A program made the translations under genes and the position numbers. The notes under the pieces are model-generated. The model had not been told where the DNA came from. It saw nothing but the letters and a program-made list of their open reading frames with translations, and did no database searches. This document shows positions 37,556-47,070 of a DNA stretch of 64,000 nucleotides, piece after piece. Source of the DNA: Minisyncoccota bacterium (lineage in GTDB: Bacteria; Patescibacteriota; Minisyncoccia; Phycocordibacterales; JACRKE01). Numbering within the stretch: position 1 is the first letter of the stretch; every line of letters starts with the position of its first letter. The stretch spans positions 179,979-243,978 of the forward strand of contig JBAZWG010000001.1 of NCBI GenBank assembly GCA_041660505.1. The letters are read 5' to 3'.

Positions 37556-38345
37556 GCTTTTTCTTTAGTTCGATAATAGATTTCTCGCGAAGAGCGGCTT
37601 GATATTTAAGTTTCTTCTCGAGGTCTTTGAAGAGATCGTTCTCTTCGTCGATTGCCGCCGCAAGCTTCTCCTTCCACGAGAACCATTCTGAACGTTTGAG
37701 TGCCACAATCTTCTGCTTCGAGCGCTTGAGACTGCTCTCGATGTCAAGCAAGGTCTGTTCGAGATCCTCCATACTGCTGTCCACATCCAGCTCCTCTCCG
37801 TCATCCGATTCTTCGAGAAGCCGCAGTCCGATCAAGTCGCCCCTCGCGTAGGCGTCGTTCACTTTCTGCATCATCTGCTCGCGCTCTTTCTTCTCGCCAT
37901 CGTCTTGCACTAAGTCGGGGTGGAAGCGGAAGGCCAGTTTGCGCCAGAGCTTCTTGAGCTCGAGGCCGTTCGCGGGCGTCGCCGCACTGCGTCGCATCAT
38001 GCGATCGTACTCTTCGTGCATTCGGCTGTCTTCTTCGTCGCGTTTTGTTTGCTCGGCTTCAGCACGGCCGGCGAGGATTTTCTGTGCTTCTTTAAGCGTC
38101 ATATCTTTATCAAGCAAGTCGCCCAATTTGCGCAATGCGAATATCGACTCATCAAGCTCATCAATTTTCAGGTAGAGCACTCCTATCGTCGTGTCATAGA
38201 GATGCTTGATTTGCATCAGCTCGTTACGGAGCGTTTGCTCGTCTCCGGCCGTGTCGGCAAGGAGCTTCTTCTTGCGCATGATGACCGCACGAATGCGCTT
38301 TTTGACCAATGGTTCGTCTACAGAATTAGCCTTTTTCTTCGCCAT
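37545..38345 (-). CDS. J-domain (DnaJ-like) coiled-coil protein
   Basis: J-domain core LKKLWRKLAFRFHPDLV with the HPD motif, flanked by long Glu/Lys-rich coiled coils. Confidence 0.55.
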   Translation of the reverse strand: MAKKKANSVDEPLVKKRIRAVIMRKKKLLADTAGDEQTLRNELMQIKHLYDTTIGVLYLKIDELDESIFALRKLGDLLDKDMTLKEAQKILAGRAEAEQTKRDEEDSRMHEEYDRMMRRSAATPANGLELKKLWRKLAFRFHPDLVQDDGEKKEREQMMQKVNDAYARGDLIGLRLLEESDDGEELDVDSSMEDLEQTLLDIESSLKRSKQKIVALKRSEWFSWKEKLAAAIDEENDLFKDLEKKLKYQAALREKSIIELKKKLGI

Positions 38346-38394
38346 AATCTGTTAATTATAGCATATTTCCCCGCTTTCAGCTATACTAGAGTAT

Positions 38395-38847
38395 ATGTTA
38401 CATGATGATATAAAAGCGAGCATCAAAGACGCGATGCGAGCCAAGGATGAGGTTCGCCTACGGACCTTGCGCGGAATTCTGGCGGCATTTACCAATGAGC
38501 TGGTCGCGACCAAACGCACCCCGCAAGAGATGCTCCCGAACGAGGACGGCATAGCCGTTATCCGCCGGCTGGTCAAACAGCGCAAGGATTCGATAGACCA
38601 ATTCGAAAAAGGCGGCCGTCAAGATCTGGTGGAAGGCGAGAAAGCCGAGATGAGCATACTCGAAAAGTATCTGCCACAGCTGATGCCCAGAGCCGATATT
38701 CAGATCCTGGCCGAAGCCAAGAAAGCCGAGCTTAATATTTCCGACAAATCCAAAGCAGGTATCCTCACCGGCGCCCTGATGAAAGACTTGAAAGGCAAGG
38801 CCGACGGTGCAGATGTGAAGGCGGTCGTCGATTCGCTATTCGCTTAA
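38395..38847 (+). CDS. GatB/YqeY domain protein
   Basis: 150 aa with the GatB_Yqey pattern (DIKASIKDAMRAKD...LRGILAAF...ILEKYLP). Confidence 0.8.
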   Translation: MLHDDIKASIKDAMRAKDEVRLRTLRGILAAFTNELVATKRTPQEMLPNEDGIAVIRRLVKQRKDSIDQFEKGGRQDLVEGEKAEMSILEKYLPQLMPRADIQILAEAKKAELNISDKSKAGILTGALMKDLKGKADGADVKAVVDSLFA

Positions 38848-41444
38848 AGATTCTTCAAGAACTTCTCGACGTCTTTTTGCGCTTTTTTGTGCCACAAGAG
38901 GCGACCTTCTACACTCTCAATTGCTTGGGCGAATGGCCTCTCGGCGCCTTTTTGTTTGTTTTTGTTTTTATTCCAGAATAATTTAGCGGCTTTTACTTGT
39001 TCTTTGGTTTGGAAATGGCCGAAGAAGCCTAATGCCATAAAGTTAAACAAACTGCCGGTGTGCGAGAATCTATCATAAAGCAGTCCCCAATTCTTCTCTG
39101 TCCAGCGCCACAATACTTCACTCGCTTCAGGGTTCGCAATGACGCCCGCTTGCACCGTACGCGAATCTTGCGGGCGCACCATGTCAGACATAGAGAAATC
39201 AAGCGTGCGCAATGCCAACGCGGAGTCGCGGAAGAACCCAAGTGCGATAGCCAATCTCTGCTTCTCTTCTTGCATGCTTTCTTTATGCCATAAGGCGAGC
39301 ATCTGCTCGTACTCTTTCACATTGCCGTGCAAGGCGACGGTCTGATAGACGCCCGCACGCAGGTCGGGATATATTTCTGCGCCCGATGCCACATGCGCGT
39401 CGAAGAGCTTCTCTGCATGCTCGACAGTTGCCGTATGCCCATACCGGCCGAGTTGGCCAAAGGTAAGCGAGCGCAGGAGCGAGGTACTATGGCTGTCGTC
39501 TTTTTTGGGCTGGTAACCCAACGTGTCCATCACTGTAGCGAACAAATTTCTCGCGTAGGCACGCAACTTTTTTTGCAATGGATTGCCGTGCAACATAAGG
39601 TCTACCGCGCCGATGACACCGGCGATTTCCGACCAGACATTATAATTATCTTCATGCTCGTAGGCGGCAAGCAAATCAAGCACTGTATATGTCGATATCC
39701 GGCAGGCCCGAGTAGAGGCGAATGCATCGCTCAAGATACTCAAGCGGTCGATGGGCGAAAGCTCCTTGTTTCGAATAGGTTCATATAGTTTCGCAAGGAG
39801 TTCTTTGCTGTATGCGGTACGAAAGAACCCGGCCTGGCCGGCATTAACAAGTGTCCAGTCGGCTGATGCACCGACTAAGACTTGGGCTTGTTTCTTGGTC
39901 AATAAAGTTTTCTCGAGTTGCTTCTTCCCTGCCTGCTCGATAAGTACCGGAATCTGCCAGACTGCATTCTTCTTTGTTGCTGATTTTGGATTCGAGAAGA
40001 ACCTTTCTTGCGAAAGCACTATTTTATCAGACTTAAGAGAGGCAGAAACAATCGGGTAGCCTGGCTCGCCGATCCAATTCGTCATGAGTTTCGCCACATT
40101 GACACCCGATACTTTAGTGAGCGAATCCCACAAATCTTTCGTCACTGTATTTTTGTACGAATGTTTTTTGAGATAATGTTGCAGACCTTTTTGGAACGTC
40201 TTCGGCCCGAGGAAGGCGTGGAGCATATGAATCACCGAGGCGCCCTTGTGATAGCTCACCGCATCGAAAAGCGAAGAGATCTCCTTAGGATGATGTACCG
40301 GGACTTCAATCGGGTGAGTCGAGGCAAGTGCGTCCAAATGCAAAGCTTCCGCCTTGTCCATGGTGTGGAACTGTTCCCACATATTCCATTCTGGATGAAT
40401 ATGATTCATCGCGAGGAATTCAATCCACGAGGCGAAGCCTTCATTAAGCCAGAGCTGGGTCCACCACTCCATAGTAACAAGGTTGCCGAACCATTGGTGC
40501 GCCAGCTCGTGCGCAATTACGAGCGTAACTCTCTGCTTTGCCGCCGCAGATGAATGATCCGGATCGACGAGCAAGCCGGTCTCGCGATATGTTATAGCGC
40601 CCCAATTCTCCATAGCCCCGACGGGAAAGTCGGGCACAGCGATGAGGTCGAGTACCGGCAACGGGTATTTTATGCCAAAATAATCGGTGTAAAATTCTAA
40701 TATCTTGACTGTTGTGTCGAGCGCATACTCTGACTGATGCTTCTTGCCGGGTGTCGCAAAAATTCTTACACGCACCCCGCCCTTCGTCTTCGCTTCAACG
40801 TAATCAAAGTTACCGACAATAAAGGCGACGAGATAGGTCGACATCCTCGGCGTCGGCGCGAACTTGACGATTTCGTACAGCCCCTCCCCTGCCCCTCCCC
40901 GAAGGAGAGGGGTTTCTATTTCTCGGTCAATCTCGTAGGTATTCGAAATTGCAATCTGCCCCTTCGGCACCATCAAAGTAATATCGAAGATTGCCTTCTG
41001 CGAAGGCTCATCGAAGCATGGGAAGGCACGGCGAGCATCTACAGGCTCGAATTGAGTCGTAGCCAACGTGCGCTTCTCGCCCTCATGTTCGTAGGTACTG
41101 CGATAGAATCCGGCGAGCTTCTCTGTGATTTTACCATTGAAGGCGAGTTCGAGCTCGCACTTCCCTTGTACTGCTTTTGCAAACGTAAAGGTTGCTGTCT
41201 CTTCTGCCGGGTCGTACGACACAATACCTTCTTGTCTGCTCTTTTTTTGAGACAGAAAAACAGAGCTTATCGTCAGATCAGCAGAGTGCAAAGTTATAGC
41301 TTTTGTTGGTTTTGCAAGCGCAAGCTCGATAGTTTCTTCGCCCTTAAACGTCTTATGATTGTGGCTCGGGTGGATCATAAGACGGTAACGGCTTGGGCTT
41401 ACATTTGACGATAAACGTACTGATTTTGCTTTATTTTTTTGCAT
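38844..41444 (-). CDS. pepN: aminopeptidase N (M1 family)
   Basis: GAMEN motif (GAMENWG) and zinc site HELAHQWFGNLVTMEWWTQLWLNEGFA (HExxH-x18-E). Confidence 0.85.
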   Translation of the reverse strand: MQKNKAKSVRLSSNVSPSRYRLMIHPSHNHKTFKGEETIELALAKPTKAITLHSADLTISSVFLSQKKSRQEGIVSYDPAEETATFTFAKAVQGKCELELAFNGKITEKLAGFYRSTYEHEGEKRTLATTQFEPVDARRAFPCFDEPSQKAIFDITLMVPKGQIAISNTYEIDREIETPLLRGGAGEGLYEIVKFAPTPRMSTYLVAFIVGNFDYVEAKTKGGVRVRIFATPGKKHQSEYALDTTVKILEFYTDYFGIKYPLPVLDLIAVPDFPVGAMENWGAITYRETGLLVDPDHSSAAAKQRVTLVIAHELAHQWFGNLVTMEWWTQLWLNEGFASWIEFLAMNHIHPEWNMWEQFHTMDKAEALHLDALASTHPIEVPVHHPKEISSLFDAVSYHKGASVIHMLHAFLGPKTFQKGLQHYLKKHSYKNTVTKDLWDSLTKVSGVNVAKLMTNWIGEPGYPIVSASLKSDKIVLSQERFFSNPKSATKKNAVWQIPVLIEQAGKKQLEKTLLTKKQAQVLVGASADWTLVNAGQAGFFRTAYSKELLAKLYEPIRNKELSPIDRLSILSDAFASTRACRISTYTVLDLLAAYEHEDNYNVWSEIAGVIGAVDLMLHGNPLQKKLRAYARNLFATVMDTLGYQPKKDDSHSTSLLRSLTFGQLGRYGHTATVEHAEKLFDAHVASGAEIYPDLRAGVYQTVALHGNVKEYEQMLALWHKESMQEEKQRLAIALGFFRDSALALRTLDFSMSDMVRPQDSRTVQAGVIANPEASEVLWRWTEKNWGLLYDRFSHTGSLFNFMALGFFGHFQTKEQVKAAKLFWNKNKNKQKGAERPFAQAIESVEGRLLWHKKAQKDVEKFLKNL

Positions 41445-41452
41445 AGAAATTA

Positions 41453-42529
41453 CTATATCACAAGTTTATGTTGCCTCAAAACAGCTTCGACATCTTGAGA
41501 ACTTTCTGTTTGCATAAGCGCAATTTTTAGTTCTTTAGCGTGTATGTGCCCTGCCATGTACGAGCCGAAGTGTTTACGCATAACAGCAAATGGCTTTATG
41601 CCTTTATACAATTTTTCGAAGAGTCCGGCATGCTCAAGCATTACTTTCGCGCGTTCTTCATAAGGCAAATCCTCGCGCGAAACTTTCGGATTAAACAGCC
41701 ACGGATTACCGAATATGCCACGCCCGATCATTACGCCGTCTACGCAATATTTCTCGGCCATTGTTTTGGCCTCGTTCATGTTTCTTACATCACCGTTGCC
41801 GATGCATAAAATTCCGCCAGCTGGCGGATTTACCGCCGCATGAATTAATTTTGCCGCCTTGGCAATTTCATCCCAATGCGCCGGCACTTTCGACATCTCT
41901 TTCTTTGTCCGCCCGTGAATAGTGATTGCTGCCGGTTCTGACTTTATAATTTCACTTATCCATTTTTCTGTAATAATACTGTTATAACCTATGCGGGTCT
42001 TAACCGACACCGGTATCCGCCGGCTGGCGGACATCGCGCCCTCCTTCGCCGCTTCAATAACTTCACGCGCAAGTTCCGGGTTATTTATCAAATCCGCGCC
42101 GGCTTTCTGCTTATTCACAGACTTGTCCGGGCAACCCATATTGATGTCCACACCGTCGAAGCCAAGCTCACTCGCCAATTTTGCACAATAATAAAAGTTC
42201 TCCGGTTTCGAACCGAAAAACTGCGCCACTATCGGCCGCTCGCCTTCGCTGTATCGCAAATCCAAAAGTAATTTTTCTCTTGCCTTTTCATGTACAAGAC
42301 CGTCGCAGGATACTTGCTCGGTCCAAAATACAGTTTCGCCTTGAGGAAAAGGGTGTTTGGAAATGGTCTGGCCGAGGCGCAAGCCGAGGAGATCCGAGGA
42401 CCTTTCCAAAGACCTCTTTTCGAGAGGAAAACTATATTTTGCCACTATTTGCCGAAATGCCGCGTCGGTGACATCAGCCATTGGGGCCAATGCAAAGAAA
42501 GGTTTAGGTAATTTAGTCCAGAAAGACAT
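41453..42529 (-). CDS. dus: tRNA-dihydrouridine synthase
   Basis: N-terminal LAPMADVTDAAFRQI plus TIM-barrel motifs and a catalytic Cys region. The reading frame carries an approximately 34-aa insertion (SFPLEKRSLERSSDLLGLRLGQTISKHPFPQGET) encoded by a repeat element. Confidence 0.85.
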   Translation of the reverse strand: MSFWTKLPKPFFALAPMADVTDAAFRQIVAKYSFPLEKRSLERSSDLLGLRLGQTISKHPFPQGETVFWTEQVSCDGLVHEKAREKLLLDLRYSEGERPIVAQFFGSKPENFYYCAKLASELGFDGVDINMGCPDKSVNKQKAGADLINNPELAREVIEAAKEGAMSASRRIPVSVKTRIGYNSIITEKWISEIIKSEPAAITIHGRTKKEMSKVPAHWDEIAKAAKLIHAAVNPPAGGILCIGNGDVRNMNEAKTMAEKYCVDGVMIGRGIFGNPWLFNPKVSREDLPYEERAKVMLEHAGLFEKLYKGIKPFAVMRKHFGSYMAGHIHAKELKIALMQTESSQDVEAVLRQHKLVI

Positions 42530-42554
42530 AAGTTACCTATTATGCAATATTTTT

Positions 42555-42582
42555 AGCCTTTACGCTAGGTCGGTTGCGGTGA
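42555..42582. repeat. 28-bp direct repeat CCTTTACGCTAGGTCGGTTGCGGTGAGC, copy 1
   Basis: Identical to 44118-44145. Together they flank the SDR + wHTH-Cas2-like segment. Confidence 0.85.
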
Positions 42583-42611
42583 GCCAGTTTAAATTTTGGG
42601 CAGCGTATCTC

Positions 42612-43352
42612 TTACTGATATCCGCCATCTACCACGAGAGTTGCACCCGTGATGAAACTTGCGTCATCTGAGCAGAGGAATAGGGCCGCATTTGCTATCT
42701 CTTCCGGCCGACCCCATCTACCCAAGGCAATCTTCTCTGTTTCGCTTTTAACAAGCTCTTGTGGCAAGTCCTTGTTTATTTCTGTATCAACCCAGCCTGG
42801 AGCTATTGAGTTTACCCTGATTTGAGGGGCTAGAGCTTGAGACATGTTCTTCGTCAGACTAATGACTCCTGCTTTTGAGGTATCGTAGTCTGCCGAATCC
42901 GGACTTAATGAATCAATGCCGTTTGTTGAAGAAATATTAAGGATCGACGCACCAACCCTATTTTTCATATGTGGCACGGCATATTTAGCACAAAGAAAAG
43001 TTCCTATCAAATTGACGCGGAGGACTCGTTCCCATTGTTCAACAGTTTTTGTAAATATGGGAATATCCCAAACGATACCAGCATTATTAACCAAAATATC
43101 AATTGCCCCGAAGTGCTGTGTCGTTTCGCTAATCATTCTTTTCACATCGTCTTCGCTCGCCACGTCCGCCTGGATTGCAATAGCACCTACGCCCAAACCT
43201 CGTATCTCTGCCACCACTTCATCGGCAGCTGATTTGTTTTTTACATAGTTCACCACGATACTGGAACCTTCTTTGGCAAAAACTATAGCTGTTGCCTTGC
43301 CGATTCCTCTGCTTGAACCCGTAATAAGTGCTACTTTGTTTCTTAATTTCAT
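42612..43352 (-). CDS. SDR family oxidoreductase (FabG-like)
   Basis: TGSSRGIGKA Rossmann motif, NNAG and a catalytic YxxxK-type region. Confidence 0.8.
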   Translation of the reverse strand: MKLRNKVALITGSSRGIGKATAIVFAKEGSSIVVNYVKNKSAADEVVAEIRGLGVGAIAIQADVASEDDVKRMISETTQHFGAIDILVNNAGIVWDIPIFTKTVEQWERVLRVNLIGTFLCAKYAVPHMKNRVGASILNISSTNGIDSLSPDSADYDTSKAGVISLTKNMSQALAPQIRVNSIAPGWVDTEINKDLPQELVKSETEKIALGRWGRPEEIANAALFLCSDDASFITGATLVVDGGYQ

Positions 43353-43438
43353 CTAGGATATGTTAATTTCTTCCTTGCAAGTATAGCATCGATGTAAACA
43401 CTGTACCACAAACGAGCCAGAACATATCACTACATTTT

Positions 43439-43463
43439 TAGACGGCCGTCACGATTTGTAGTG
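43439..43463. promoter_or_regulatory. palindromic site TAGACGGCCGTC...TTGTAGTG upstream of the regulator gene
   Basis: GACGGCCGTC is self-complementary. A second copy (TTAGACGGCCGTT...TGTAGTA) lies at 44076-44100 after the gene. An extended -10 TGATATAAT sits 6 nt before the ATG, suggesting a leaderless start. Confidence 0.4.
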
Positions 43464-43493
43464 TTTTTACATCGAGTTTGATATAATTAATCT

Positions 43494-44054
43494 ATGGCGA
43501 TTAAATACACCTACAAGGGTGCTCCGGAAATTATTCTGACACTTCTCGACCAATCAAAAGACTGGGATACTCGAGAATTCCTGACCATGGCAGTCAATGA
43601 GCTACAGCCACTCATTGTTAGAAAAAAATACACCGCAAAACATTATGCCTCCCTTTCGGTAGAACGACTCTGCTCGCAGGGACTCGTCATCAAAACAGTC
43701 CGAGGCAAGAAGGAATTCTACATGATTACCAAAATGGGTGAACGTAAGCTCAGAGACACACAAAGAAAGAAGATAAAAATTACGAAGACAGTATGGGACG
43801 GTAAATGGCGAATGGTAATTTTTGATATCAAGGAGACAAAACGAAAAAAACGAAATCTTTTGCGCAGAGAGCTTAAGGCCCAGGGTTTCGAGAGACTTCA
43901 GCAAAGCGTCTGGATATATCCTTATGAATGTTACGACTACGTTGCACTGCTTAAAACATCGTTCGCGAGCAACGCAGAGATTCTGTATGCAATCGTCGAG
44001 AAGCTTGAGAATGACGAATGGCTACTTAAAAAGTTCGGGCTGAAAGGAAAATAA
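43494..44054 (+). CDS. wHTH (PadR-like) N-domain fused to a Cas2/VapD-like C-domain, hypothetical regulator
   Basis: N-terminal LSVERLCSQGLVIKTVRGKKEFYMITKMGERKL is wing-like. C-terminal KWRMVIFDIKETKRKKRNLLRRELKAQGFERLQQSVWIYP matches the Cas2 N-terminal pattern (xVLVxYDI...RRR..L...L...G.RVQ.SVF). No CRISPR array is nearby. Confidence 0.45.
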   Translation: MAIKYTYKGAPEIILTLLDQSKDWDTREFLTMAVNELQPLIVRKKYTAKHYASLSVERLCSQGLVIKTVRGKKEFYMITKMGERKLRDTQRKKIKITKTVWDGKWRMVIFDIKETKRKKRNLLRRELKAQGFERLQQSVWIYPYECYDYVALLKTSFASNAEILYAIVEKLENDEWLLKKFGLKGK

Positions 44055-44117
44055 AATACTACAAAATTAGACGGCCGTTCAAAAATGTAGTAAATCCGGG
44101 TTTCAAGAATTATGACC

Positions 44118-44145
44118 TTTACGCTAGGTCGGTTGCGGTGAGCTC
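44118..44145. repeat. 28-bp direct repeat, copy 2
   Basis: Encodes the last 8 codons and stop of the Clp-like gene (ELTATDLA*). Confidence 0.85.
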
Positions 44146-46503
44146 TATCTTTGACCCAGCAGGCAGTTCGCCGGCGATTATTTTGCGGGCAATCAGGCCC
44201 TCTACCTTATCTTGAATAGCGCGGTTCATCGGGCGGGCGCCAAACTTGGGGTCGTAGCCTATTAACACAACGCTATCCAATACAGCCTGATTAATAACGA
44301 AATCAATTCCCTTCTCGCGCAGGCGCGCCTGCAATTTCTTGAGGAGCATCTCGGCGATCTTAGTGATATTCTCCTTCGACAATGGTTCGAAGAATATCGT
44401 GCCGTCGAAGCGATTCATGAGTTCCGGCTTGAGCGTCCCGTTCGCGACAAGCGCGTTGGTCAGCTCCTCTTTATGCTCGGCCAAGTTGCCGCCGCTCTCG
44501 ACAATTTTGAAAATATCATCACTCCCGGCGTTTGAGGTGGCGATGAAAATAACATTGCGTGCGTTTACCTTCTCGCCGGAGGCATCGGCGAAGACGCCTT
44601 CATCCAGCACTTGCAGGAACAAGTCTTTTACATTATTCGACGCTTTCTCAAATTCATCCAGTAAAAGTACGCCGTATTTCTTGTCGCGAATCATAGATGA
44701 CATCACGCCCGGCTTGCCGAGGCTGAAGGAGCCGATCAGGCGGTCGATGGCGTCCGATTCTTTGTACTGATTCATGTCGAGACGCATCATACTCGACTCG
44801 TCGCCGAAGTAGGCGCCGGCCAAGGCTTTTGCCGTCTCGGTCTTACCCACGCCGGTCGGCCCCAAGAAGAGGAAGGTGCCGATGGGGCGATTTGGATTCT
44901 TGATACCGCTACGAACACGACGAAGTGCGTCAGCCACTGCCTTAATCGCTTGTTCTTGGCCGATTACGCGCTGATGTAAATATTCCTCGAGATGTTCCAG
45001 CTTGCTTTGTTCATCCATGCCAATCGCGCCGACAGGAATTTTTGTTTTTAATTTCACGAACTGGAGCACATCTTCTTTAGAGACGAAAAAATCATGGTCG
45101 CGTACGAGAGTTGATGATAAGTCCATGAGCAGGTCAACGGCCTTGTCCGGCATAATGCCGTCCGTAATATACTGCTCGGCACATTCCACGATAGACACGA
45201 GTGCCGGATATGTAAAAGTTAGCCCGCTCTTGTCTTCGATGTCGGCACCCATGCGCGCGATTAGTGCAACAACAGCATCGTGATTAGGTTCGTCGATACT
45301 TATCTTCTCGAACTTTGACATGAGCGATTGATTGGATTCAAAAAGCTTATGGAAATTCGCTGCGTCGGAGAGCGCGATAATCTGGATTGCAGAAGACGCA
45401 AGGACGGGAGCAAGCAAGGCTGTAACGTCTGAACCCAAAGCTTGCGCGGAACTATAAAAGGCGGCAAAGTCGTCGAAGATAAGTAGAATATTACCGGCGT
45501 GAATGGCTTCTTTGATTGTTAGCTGGAACTCCGTCTCGAAGACGTCTTTGGCTTTTGAGCCGGAGACAAGAGCGACACCATGGAAGCGAACGGTACGTTT
45601 ATGGGCGAGCTGAGCCGTTGTTTTACCGGTCAAAATCTTGTCGGCCAGACCATTTATAATATCCACGACCCCTGCCCCGGGATGGCCAACCAAGAATACA
45701 TTAGTCTCATCCGCGCGCGAGAGCGCCACCTCGATGCGGCTGATTTCAGCCTCGTGCATATCGCTCTTTACGCGGTCCATTATCCCCTTGCGCGTGCGGG
45801 TAATGTCCTCACTATAGCGATCGAGCCGAAAGGTGTCCCCATAGGCCCAATCTTTGCCGATACTTTTTATACTGCCGAGATTCTCTGCTGTCCACCAGCG
45901 CTCCTTCTGCCGGCGTACATTCTCTTGATCCATTACAAGGGCGACAGTGCCGGTAAACTCTTTCTCGCCTGCTGCAACATTAAATAACACGTCGCGCAAA
46001 GCCACTTCGGCCAAGAACAATTCGCGCGAGAATGTCTTAAATGAACAAAGTGCCTCGTCCGAAGGTGTAAATGGCGAGGCAGAAGCCAAGCGCGGTGCTT
46101 GTGCCAGCGAATTTATCGCCGCCGCCTCCATACCGAGACGGAGCAATACTTCGTAGCCCGCGCGAGATTCGACGTAAGCGCGGAGGTAATCGTTCTCATA
46201 TCTTCCTCGATTTGCGATAATGTAAGCCTCTATCCAGTAGGGCTCATGGTCGGAGTCGTAGGAACGCTCATATGCATCAAGCAAGATTAGGCAAATCCAC
46301 AGAACCAGCAAAAGCGCGAGGACTCCGAGGAGGCGCACAGCGATACTCGGCACAGAGATGAAATAGTGGGCATACGCCAAGAAAAGAATACCGACAATCA
46401 TGAAAATCTTGGTAGCAATAAGAAGAATTTTGCGCGACTTATTGGTCAAGATGCTGTCGAGACCAGCAAGCGATTTGGCGGTCATTAATGTGTATGCATT
46501 CAT
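44119..46503 (-). CDS. Clp/Hsp100-family AAA+ ATPase (two AAA modules) with N-terminal transmembrane segment
   Basis: Walker A motifs GHPGAGVVD... and GPTGVGKTETAKALA are present. An N-terminal region of about 110 aa carries 2-3 TM helices. Confidence 0.65.
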   Translation of the reverse strand: MNAYTLMTAKSLAGLDSILTNKSRKILLIATKIFMIVGILFLAYAHYFISVPSIAVRLLGVLALLLVLWICLILLDAYERSYDSDHEPYWIEAYIIANRGRYENDYLRAYVESRAGYEVLLRLGMEAAAINSLAQAPRLASASPFTPSDEALCSFKTFSRELFLAEVALRDVLFNVAAGEKEFTGTVALVMDQENVRRQKERWWTAENLGSIKSIGKDWAYGDTFRLDRYSEDITRTRKGIMDRVKSDMHEAEISRIEVALSRADETNVFLVGHPGAGVVDIINGLADKILTGKTTAQLAHKRTVRFHGVALVSGSKAKDVFETEFQLTIKEAIHAGNILLIFDDFAAFYSSAQALGSDVTALLAPVLASSAIQIIALSDAANFHKLFESNQSLMSKFEKISIDEPNHDAVVALIARMGADIEDKSGLTFTYPALVSIVECAEQYITDGIMPDKAVDLLMDLSSTLVRDHDFFVSKEDVLQFVKLKTKIPVGAIGMDEQSKLEHLEEYLHQRVIGQEQAIKAVADALRRVRSGIKNPNRPIGTFLFLGPTGVGKTETAKALAGAYFGDESSMMRLDMNQYKESDAIDRLIGSFSLGKPGVMSSMIRDKKYGVLLLDEFEKASNNVKDLFLQVLDEGVFADASGEKVNARNVIFIATSNAGSDDIFKIVESGGNLAEHKEELTNALVANGTLKPELMNRFDGTIFFEPLSKENITKIAEMLLKKLQARLREKGIDFVINQAVLDSVVLIGYDPKFGARPMNRAIQDKVEGLIARKIIAGELPAGSKIELTATDLA

Positions 46504-46512
46504 GATGTGTTC

Positions 46513-46917
46513 TTAGGCTATTGGCCTGAAGATAAACGTGAATCCGGCAAATACCAGAATAATCAAAAATATTGGCAAGAGCATCCAGAGCAATATCATT
46601 CCAACTCCGCCGACTATCACTAAAGCCGTTGCGACCAGACCGATGACGATAGTGACGGTTCTGATGAGCAGGCCGACGACCCGCATAATGCTGTTGAATA
46701 TCACGTGCTCCATGATAGCGCCCGGATTGATGGTGTGTGAGGCACCTTCGTTCATGCGTTTCCAAGGCGAAATGAGAGTGAGCAAAAGATTCGGTATCGA
46801 AAAATAATGAATCACAAAATACAAAATATGCCCCCAGTTTACGAGCAATTCTTTGAGCCCTTTGGTGTAATGCCAAATGAGATAATTGGGGAGAAGCAAG
46901 GCGATAGGCATGACCAT
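46513..46917 (-). CDS. hypothetical membrane protein
   Basis: 134 aa with 3-4 hydrophobic helices, immediately upstream of the Clp-like gene. Confidence 0.4.
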   Translation of the reverse strand: MVMPIALLLPNYLIWHYTKGLKELLVNWGHILYFVIHYFSIPNLLLTLISPWKRMNEGASHTINPGAIMEHVIFNSIMRVVGLLIRTVTIVIGLVATALVIVGGVGMILLWMLLPIFLIILVFAGFTFIFRPIA

Positions 46918-47070
46918 ATTATATCACTGCCGCCACGCAAACGCTGTGTATAAAATTAAGAGACCTCGGCCACAAAAAGGTATCTGAAATAAAACACAGC
47001 CGCTCACGAGGAACGGCTGGTTGAGGAAATTCCTCGAAGAACTAAAAATTGTCTTGGCCAAGTACTCGGA

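Noticed and set aside
46439-46876. 145-aa ORF overlapping the membrane-protein gene 46513..46917
   Set aside because: Arg/His-rich alternative frame. The overlapping hydrophobic ORF is contiguous with the Clp-like operon and preferred.
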